DNA of 64,000 bases from the human T2T-CHM13v2.0 reference genome, Homo sapiens, in NCBI RefSeq assembly GCF_009914755.1, contig NC_060927.1; one strand, written 5' to 3'. A model generated the notes under the pieces. It did not search any database. It had not been told where the DNA came from and worked only from the letters and a program-made list of their open reading frames with translations. Shown here in pieces: positions 53,230 through 64,000 of this stretch (within the stretch, counting starts at the first letter, position 1; each line of letters starts with the position of its first letter). The position numbers and the translations under genes were made by a program.

Positions 53230-55499
53230 AACAGAAGAAAAGTGTCATCCATAAATCGCAAATACTTACTTTGGTATTGTGAATAAGCAGTGAGGAAGTC
53301 TAACCACCAAATTGGCTACTGATAGGCCTCATCTCACCAAAAGGAGGCTTGCCTCACACAGAGGGGGAGCTCAGCCAGGGCCTCCATCACTGTCCCTGCT
53401 GTTTGGGAGCCAAAGCAGAGGAATGTGGATATGCCCGTAGACACAGTGACATCAGTGGCAGCTCAATGTCCTCAGTATAACATCCCATCTAATTGGAGCT
53501 ACAGAATCCTGTCCAGCAGCAGAAGAACCATTTTAGAAACATACTTTTTCCTGATGTGATTCAAACCTTTGCTGTATGCAAACATATCCCTACAGTTGGA
53601 TTAAATGTCTTCCTTTGGCTGGATGCTGGGGCCCAGTGATTACTTAAGGATGGGCACTGCAACCTGAATTTAACCAGCTGAAGAACGAGCTTGGAGCCAG
53701 ATCAAAACTTCTTGGAAACTGGATTCCCAAAAGGTCATGTTTCTTCTTTAAGTAATAACTTGGTTCCACCAGACCTCAGCCGTCAGCCTTCCAAACCACA
53801 TGGTCTTCAAAGCCTGGGAATGAGCACTCGTTTCTCCCCAACCACTGAACAGCCATGCCAATGGTTCTGGAAGAAAGTCCTGGCTAAAGTGGTTCTTTTT
53901 GCCTCTAGGGACGCAGCTGCTGCCCTCCTAAAGGGGGATGCAAAAGAGGACTAAGGACTCCTGGCCTGAGTTTGGAGACTACATCAGGGGCCAAGTCTCC
54001 CCAAACCCCCTAATTTTTCCAGGCCTGGACCAGCAGTCCCCAAGGTCCCTTCTGGCTCCAAAATTCCAAAGTTGTAGATATGCGATAGAATACATAGGTT
54101 TTTGCTTCTTAACATAAGTATCATTTGCAATACTGTAGATGAAAAAAGATGTCCTATGTATCAATCTTTTGGAACATGAGCATTTATTAAAGGCCTAGAT
54201 TAGGAAAATCTTGCACTATAGTCAAATTTGTACATCTAGTGTCCTTAAAGCATTTTTATTAAGAGTCTTTGTTTATTAATTATCACAAGTAGCTGAGCCA
54301 TTGTGCTTTATTTTCACAAGGGAGTCAACAACCAGCAGACATCTCTGCAGGGATTCAAACTGACTCATAGTTTCACTTTAAAGAGTGAAACTACATTTAG
54401 AGTTTCATAGAGTAATTTTCATTTTTTTCAATTTTGAAAAAATTGAATTTTATTTATCATTTCATAGAATAATTTTCATCAAAGTACTGAGACTTCTCTA
54501 AACTAATAAATGTCTTTCTCCCCTAAACAAGAGAATAATTTGTGCATCTTCTGATGGCTGCCCCCCAATTACTAGAGCCAAGCCACATGGAAACCCAATC
54601 CTGGTGAATGGTGAAGGAAGCAGATTTATTGACTGTTGTCTGAGAAAACCCAGAGACTCTGGTTTCTCAAGTTTAATGTGCTTGTGAAAAAAAATTTGTT
54701 GATGTCATGGTGTTAACATAAAATCAAGTATCGTTGTCTATATATGTCTGACGTTCATAAAATAACTTAACCATTCATGTGAGGCTACAGCACCCTACAA
54801 CCCAGGGAGCATTTTATTTCAGAAGAGTGCCTCATCTTCACTTACTGCTAGAGTGAATATAGTATTAGATACTGACTTATAACTTCCAAACTACACTGAT
54901 TTCAATAGGCCTTATGCCTATTGAGGAATTAACACCTCTTTCCCAACTGTCTATTTAACTGCTGCCCTAGGAAAAAAGAGAAGCTTTAGCTGTCCACTTA
55001 GAGCTACAGCTCTTATCCAGAGTGCTTGAACAGGTGAGGAGGTTTTATTTCATTCATGCTCATCTGCACTCTTCATTCCCACAACTGTGTCCTAGGGAAG
55101 GGCCTGCCAGGCCAGGAAGATAGAGTTCTAGGTTCTCTTTTGGATCTTCAAAAGAGAGAAGCAGAATATCTTCCTCTTTAGGCAAAGATGGACTGGGAAA
55201 GATTGCCCAGAACTCCAATGCAGACATACTTCAAGCCTCTAAAATGCAGGCATTACCTGGAAGGCCAGGATAAGGATATCACCCCAGCCACAGCAGTAGA
55301 ATGAGATGCTGGACAGAAATGGTTTGAAGAAAGAAAGGCAGAGTTACTCCAAAAGGTTTTAAGTAGAAAGGCCTGGCAAGCAAGGCACTGGTTCAGAACT
55401 CTCACCCCACAGAAGCCCAAAAGTAAGAAACGCTGGGGAGAGGTAAGAGGAAGCATAGATACTGTGACTCTGAAGCTTTGCAGAATAAGCAAGATTGTG

Positions 55500-57668
55500 C
55501 TCTTGGAAAACATCTCTGGGTAGAAAATATAAAAACTAAAGAAGGAAAAACATGTACACCCGTTTCTCCTATAAACGGAAATGCCAAAATCCTAAAGAAA
55601 ATACTAGCAAACTAAATTCCACAACATTAAGAGATTCACATACCATAACTCATATATTTTGTTCCAAGAATGCAAAATAAAGTGAATAGCAGGAAACCCC
55701 ACTGTTATACTCATTTAGTAAGTACTATTTTTTAAAAGCACATCATAATCTCAACTGATGCCAAAATGTCTTTTGGAAACATTCAACACATATTCCATTG
55801 GGGGGAAAACCCTCTCAGTGTAATAGAAAGATAGTTCTGTAACATGATGAAGAAAATCCACTTCAAAGCACCAGAATCCCTGGATTTTTTTTCTTAATGA
55901 CAACTCATTTTAAATATCAAAAACACTATGAACATCACATTTTACTACTGATCAAAGAAACACATGACAAAGAGATGAATTTGTAAATGCTTTTACATAA
56001 ATGTGTATTTTGTTAATCAAATAGCATATACATACGTGTAAAAAATAACATGTGTGGCTTTAAGATTTGTTTTAAATTACAGACAAATATTTGTAGTTAT
56101 CTAGCAAATATGTATTGTTGTTAAAGAAGTAAATGAGCAAAACTGACTCTAGAAGGTTTACAAAACCTGAACAGACCACAGAAGAAATTGGCAAAGTAGT
56201 CAAGGAATTATTTCTCAGAAAGAAGCTAGTCTCAGGTATCTTTGACAATAAAATCCATCAAACGTTCGTGGTGCTAATTACCTTCATACTAATAAAACTG
56301 TTCTTGAGCAATTAAAAAAATGGAAAGCATCCCAGTTCTGAGTCTCACACACAAAAAATCACACACCGCCAAAAATTTACAAATTAATTCATGAGTGAAT
56401 AGACATCAAAAATTCTCAACATATTGGCAAATTGTTTCTAACTATGAATTAAAGTAATAATTTATGACAGCCAGACAGGATGTAGTCTAAGAATGTAATA
56501 ATATTAATTTTAGGATATCTATTAACATTTTTGTTATATTTACAGGCTAAAGGAAGAAAACATGATTATTTTATTAAATTCTTAGCTTGATGTTTGACAT
56601 GGTAGGAAATTCATAAAATACTCATAAATACTGAATGAAGAATGAATTTCAAACAGCTGATAAACAACCATTTCTGATAAAGTAGGAAGATAAAAACTCA
56701 ACAGCAGTGACTGGTAGCCTTTTGGGGATTGCAGACCTTTTTACAAGTTTGATGAACATTGTGAACCCGCTCTCCATAAAGCATAAAAAAATGAAATTGA
56801 TTTTCATCAAATTGGGAAGTCACAGATTGCATGAAGCCCATCCATAAACCCCAAGTTTAGAAATTACTATTAAATGACAGAAAGAAAACAAAGATGTCTT
56901 CTACTACTTTCATGATTCAACATTGGTCTGGCATTCTCTCCAGTGCAATAGGAAATAAAAATTACCAATATTAGATAGCAGAAAACAAAACTATGATGAC
57001 TTTAGATTCCTGAGTTAAGATAATAAAATCAACTGAAAAGATTATTAGAAATAAGTTTGGTAGGGTGGCCTATCACAAAAGAGTAATACATAAGCAAAAA
57101 TTTCATATATACAGCAATAATCACTCAGAAAATATAAAGAAAAAATTATATTTGCAATAGCCGCAAAAGTACACACAGCACTGAACATACACTTGGCATA
57201 TAACCCAACAATTCTACTCCTAAGTATTTATTTCTCTAATAAAGACCTATGTCCACACACACAGACACACACAAAAAACATTCATGATCACCAAAAACTG
57301 GAAACAACACAATTGTCCACCAGCTCACCAGCTGATGAACGAGTATAAGTGCACCAATGTCAATGAATCTTAACAGCATTATGCTGCGGGAAAAAAGACT
57401 CAAAAGGTTACATACTTCCCACTTACATGACATTCTGGAGAAGGCAAAACTATAAGGACAAAACACATATCAGTGGTTGCAAGAGAATGGGCTGAGGAGA
57501 AGATTGATATAAAGAGACATAAGAGAATTTTTTGGTCTGATGGAAATATTCTATATCTTGATTTGGTGGTAGCTACACAACTGCATGCTTTTGTCAAAAT
57601 TCATAGAACTATATGCCTTTAAAGGCTAAATTTTACTGTATGTAATATACATACACACATACACATTT

Positions 57669-57706
<38 letters not shown>

Positions 57707-58366
57707 TTTATATATATATATATATATATACATACACACACATACATAATGCCCTGGAATAACTTAACTACAAATGTATGAAACTCATCTGAATAAAATT
57801 AACTAGTTTTGCTAGGAGACATAAAGACTGAATAAGTGCAGAAACATATTCTGTGTATAGATGGGAAAACTTCACACTTTTATAGAAGTCGGTTTTCCCC
57901 AAATTAATACATATATTTAACAGATTTCCAATCATCTTAATGAGATTTTTTGCAAACTTGATGAAGTTATTCTAAAGTTCATCTGGAAAAGTAAGTGCAT
58001 AAAATATAGCCAAGAAAACTCCAACTGTAATTATAGCAGTGGTGCTAACACTGGAATAAGCAAACAGATTAATGAAACACAATAGAAAATGCTGAAATTT
58101 AATATGACATGACAATGGTACATTTAATATCAAAGAAAGATCCTTTAAGGAATATTAGATTAACAAATTATGTAGCACATGCTGGTTAATCATTTGAGAA
58201 AAAACTAAATTAGATTCATACATCATACTACATACAAGAATAAATTCTCAATGGGCAGGAGTTTAAAGGTTAAGTAAAAGAAGCTACACAATTACTAGAA
58301 TAAATTATAGATGAATATTTTATAACATTAGGACAAGAAAGGCCAGAAACCTTAAAGGCCTGAAAT
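55500..58366 (+). mobile_element. Ancient L1M fragments (ORF2 remnants and a 3' end)
   Basis: A-rich region with L1 motifs (aaaatcctaaagaaaatactagcaaac, ataatctcaactgatgc, ctaaagttcatctggaaa). Boundaries approximate. Confidence 0.7.
57645..57747. repeat. (CA)n/(TA)n compound microsatellite
   Basis: Read directly from the sequence. Confidence 0.9.
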
Positions 58367-58385
58367 ATATGATTGCATAAATATT

Positions 58386-59591
<1,206 letters not shown>

Positions 59592-59684
59592 TTATGTTAA
59601 TCAAAACCATAAAATTAAAAGAATAGTTAAGAAGACATAGTGCTTAAATATATAATGGGTGAAGAATTAAGATCTTTATAACTC

Positions 59685-60072
59685 TGTATTAGTTAATTCT
59701 CACACTGCTATAAAGAAAAAACCTTAGACTGGGTAATTTATAAAGAAAAGAGGTTTAATTGGCTCACAGTTCTGCAGGCTCTACAGGAAGCATGGCTGAA
59801 GAGGCCTCAGGAAACTTACAATCATAGCAGAAGGCAAAGGGGAAGCAGGCATGTCTTACATGGCTGGAGCAGGAGGAAGAGAGTGAGGGAGGAGGTGCCA
59901 CACACTTTTAAACAATCAGATCTCAAGACAACTCACTCACTATCATGAGAACAGCACCAAAGAGGAAATCTGCCCCCACGATCCAATCACTTTCCACCAG
60001 GCCCCACCTCCAATATTGGGGATTACAATTTGACATGAGATTTGGGCAGGGACACAGACCCAAACCATATCA
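59685..60072 (-). mobile_element. MSTA (MaLR) solo LTR
   Basis: TGTATTAG...CCATATCA termini with a perfect 5-bp TSD AACTC. Confidence 0.9.
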
Positions 60073-60434
60073 AACTCCAACAGATATAGGGTAATGTACA
60101 AAGCAGGCAAGTCACCAAAAAAAAAAAAAAAAAAAAAAAGAGAAAATGTAAATGGACAATAAGCATATGAAAAGATATTCAACTTTAATTGTATTACAAT
60201 TTTTATTTAATATAACACCTTGCCCAGAACTTGCCATATGGTTAGCACATTCATTTTTTTTAATTCAACAAATGTTTATTGAGTGTGTCAGTGTGCCTGG
60301 CACTATTGAAGCACAGAGAAAATGGCCATGAACAAGGGAGAGTTTATCATTTGCTCAATCAGTAAAAATGCAAATTAAATTAATGAGATGCCACTTTTGC
60401 CTAATAAATTGGATGGTTAAAAAGAAGGATAATT

Positions 60435-60741
<307 letters not shown>

Positions 60742-61063
60742 TCAGGAAAACAGGCAGCCTGCCACCATAAAATAGTGGGAGCACATATTAGAGTCTGATA
60801 ACTTGGTAATCCAAAGGAATCAAAGTGTGCATACCCTTTGATCTGGCAATTGTACTTTCAATTATTTATCCAAAGAAAAACCTGGAGAAGCACCCAGGGG
60901 TATATTACAATGTAGTTCATCAAGCATTGTGTTTTTATTGTAGGGAAATGACAACCTGAATGCCCAACAATAAGGGATTCTTGGAGATACGGGGAGATGG
61001 AGTTCAGATAACAGATGGGACATAGGCATTGGAACAGCAAAGATAGATTGGTCCAGATACAAG

Positions 61064-61553
61064 TGATACAGGGCAGGTGAGCCCCAAAATTAGGGCTTAA
61101 CCCAAGAGGGTTCTTGGTTTTGCCCAGGAAAGAATTCAAGGGTGAGTGGAGGATGCTAAACAGAAACTATAATCGAAGCGGCAGTGTATAGCAGCAGCAG
61201 AGGTACTGCTCCTTGCACAGCAAGGCTACCCCATAGGCAGTGTGCCCAGAGCAGCAGCTCAGAGGCACTTCTGCAGTCATATTTACATAAATATAGTAAT
61301 TATACTTTTAATTACATGTAAGTTAAGGGGCAGTTTATGAAGAAATTTATATGAAGGTGGCAACTTGTCAGATTGTTGCTATGAAAAGGGGTGGTAACCT
61401 CCGGGTGTTGCCGTGGCAGTGGTAAACTGACATAGCACACTGGTGGGGTGTCTTATGGAAAGCTGCTTCTATCCTGGCCCTGTTTTAACTAGTCCTCAGT
61501 TTAGTCCAGTGTCTGAGCCCAGCCTCCAGAGTTGAGTCCCACCTCCTACCTCA
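61064..61553 (-). mobile_element. MER66-like ERV1 solo LTR
   Basis: TGATAC...CCTACCTCA termini (reverse strand starts TGAGGTAGGAGG); flanks caag / caat. Confidence 0.7.
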
Positions 61554-62809
61554 CAATTAAGTGGGTAAATTTCATGTCAGGAAGGTGAGGAGATTTTGTT
61601 TTATGTTCCATATGTTTATTACCTCTCTGTCCCCCTACCCCCCACCCCCTCCCCATCTGTCTTTCTGAGGCAAACGTGTCTTCTGAAAGTGAGGGGATAG
61701 TGGAATTGGAAGTTCAACATTGTAGAGAGGGTTTAAAATAGCTACTGCATCAAATGCAAAGAAAACAATGTGGAGAAATATTGGAATTCCCAGGCAGCAC
61801 TGAAAGCATAGATGAGGTCAGATCATGAACATTTACCTGATGTATAAAGAACCTGTACAAGAATATAGCAATCTTGAACACAGTTAAATGCAAAATAAAA
61901 AATCCGTTTTATTCAAAGAAAATATTCCTACCAGATCTATTCATAAATCTACATCATTTGGCATAATTACACAGTATGGTTCAAGTGGTTCTGAGATTTA
62001 CGGTGGAACTTCCCATTTCAGAGGTTTGTAGCTTAGCCATTAATCTTCCCTGAACTAAAATCTACATATGAATTTCAAACCATTGAGGGGATGGGGCATA
62101 GAATGGAAACTAACTCCATCCATAATAAGAGCAAAAAATGTGAAGTTAAAACTTAAAAAGTTAAAACTGCAGATCTCCAAGAAATCTAGCAGTTCACTGG
62201 AAGAAAGATGGTGTAAAGATGAATTCTTCCAAAATTAGGTTAGAGGTTTAATGCAATGCAAATCAAAATCTGAACCAGACATCTTTTAACTTTTCAAAAA
62301 GAGTCTAAAAATCAAAACCATCTGATAGAATAAATAGTCAAAAATAGTTTAGAAATGTTTAGAAAAAATAAAAGAGGTGTGAAGAGGATCCATTTATTAA
62401 GATATTACTCATATTTTTTAAAGGTACAGTAATTAAATTTGTGAGCTACTAATATAAGATGTAACAGAATAGTCCAGAAGAACAGCCTAAAATATATTAA
62501 ATTTAACTCACCATTAATCTCGTGATTCCCACTCACTTTCCACACTAGGTCAAAAAAAGACAGCTTTTTAATAAATAGTGTTTGGACAATAGTTAGCTTG
62601 TTCTTTTGGGAGGGGAATAGGGATGTAAGAAAAGACAGGTTCTTAATTTTCACCCCAATGAAGGTATGAATGGACCCTCCTGGTTTGCAGGCCCAGCAAT
62701 AGATAAGAGACAATATTTAAAAGGAGACAGAGAGATGTTGAACTTCTCTTGTGAGAGGTGGTAGCCCAAGCTCTGGAGTTTGAATCCCTGCTCATTCCCC
62801 ACTTCTTCA

Positions 62810-63335
62810 ACAATTATTGAGCTGTTCAAGGAGGTGCAATGCAGTATGGATAAGAGAAAAAAGCTCCCTGAGCTCGTGGAACTTACCTTCTGTTGGAGGA
62901 GACAGTGGTAAACATGTAGACACATGAAGGGGAAGATGCACAATAGTGATAAGTGCTAAGAAGATGACGTAGGGCAGAGGGCAGAGTCCTGGATAGTCAT
63001 GAACTCTCTGACCAAGGGTCTTGAACTGAGACCCAAATGGCAAGCAGGAAAAAGATCTAAAGGAAGGGCTTTCCAGGCAGAGGAACACATGCAAGTCCCT
63101 AAGGTGGAGATGACCTTGACAAGTCCAAGGGACAGATAGAGCCAAGGTGGCTAGAGCAATGTGGCCAAGGGAAAAGCGGCGAGAGAGGTGAGGGCAGGGG
63201 CTAGAGCAAGCAGAGCCAGGTGGGCCATGCAGAAAGCTTCGGTTTATATTCTGGTGAGGTAGAAAGCACCTGGAAAGGTTGAAGTGGACAAGTGACAAGC
63301 AGGACCTTACATTATGAAGATCACCCTGGCTGCCA
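62810..63335 (-). mobile_element. L2 LINE fragment
   Basis: gagctcgtggaacttaccttc...ttccaggcagaggaacacatgcaagtccctaagg...aagatcaccctggctgc. Confidence 0.75.
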
Positions 63336-64000
63336 TGTGCCACCTTCTTTCCAAGCAAATGTGGAAAGTGATTTCAGGTCTCACTGGACTTCTTCAGAGC
63401 CAAGCACATGCCCTGATTACCACCAGTCATTAGAAATGTTTCCAATCAATATTAGGAACTATTGTCTGAGGAACAGTCAGTATAAAAAAGCAAAAAAAAA
63501 AAAAAGATCAATGGCTATGATTACCTCTTAGGCCAAGAAAGGAACTCCTCCTGCCTGCTTTACACCTGCCAGAGTAGGTTTGGTCAAAGGTGATGCCCCC
63601 ATTTCCCCGCTTAGTTTCCTTTGCCAGGCCCTGATATGGCCAACATCAGACAATACTAGGTACCATCAAAGAAGAACAAGAAAATGACCTCAGGGAAACA
63701 TGGAGATCATTGGAACTAAACTACAAATAATATACTTTTAAAATTTATTTTTTAGTCACCATGAAAAAAGGAAAATATTTCTTTTATAGATGGCCTTGGC
63801 CATCAAGACCTGGATGACTTAAGAACCCAAACCTTCCTAGAGGTCAGTTCTCCTCTAATCTCTGTTATGTGTAAATGTTTCAGTGCATTACATATGCTAA
63901 TTTATTAAGTTCATGTTCCAATTTCTTTCCACAGTTCTGTGCCACCCTCTTGCATCAAGTCACTCTTCAGGGACATGAGTCTGTTCATGGAGAATGTATT

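Noticed and set aside
62807-63358. 183-aa minus-strand ORF
   Set aside because: It lies within a decayed L2 fragment, with no recognisable domain or splice context.

Overview
This window is primate, almost certainly human, genomic DNA: it has Alu, L1PA, THE1 and MER repeats and a very young AluYa-type element. It holds seven consecutive internal coding exons of MYRIP (Slac2-c/exophilin-8, a Rab27 effector and myosin-VIIa/Va linker) on the + strand: 656-736, 4768-4865, 5081-5161, 7872-8015, 20148-20301, 27755-28392 and 49000-49239. All have AG/GT borders and splice into one open frame; the gene's start and stop lie outside the window. The rest is intronic and mostly transposon-derived, and includes a full-length 7SL processed pseudogene. 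Nearly all entries in the ORF track are spurious. I do not see a convincing new gene system. The most interesting unexplained structure is small-scale: (1) a perfect 27-bp inverted copy of unique sequence inside an alternating purine-pyrimidine microsatellite, plus other templated-insertion-like scars; (2) a MER85 piggyBac MITE with an intact PGBD3/CSB-PGBD3 binding palindrome; (3) a young AluYa-intermediate insertion; (4) a ~1.4-kb structured AT-rich array; (5) blocks of oppositely oriented Alus around stop-free, frame-preserving exon sets, which are circRNA candidates. Repeat family names come from my recall of consensus sequences, not from a search.
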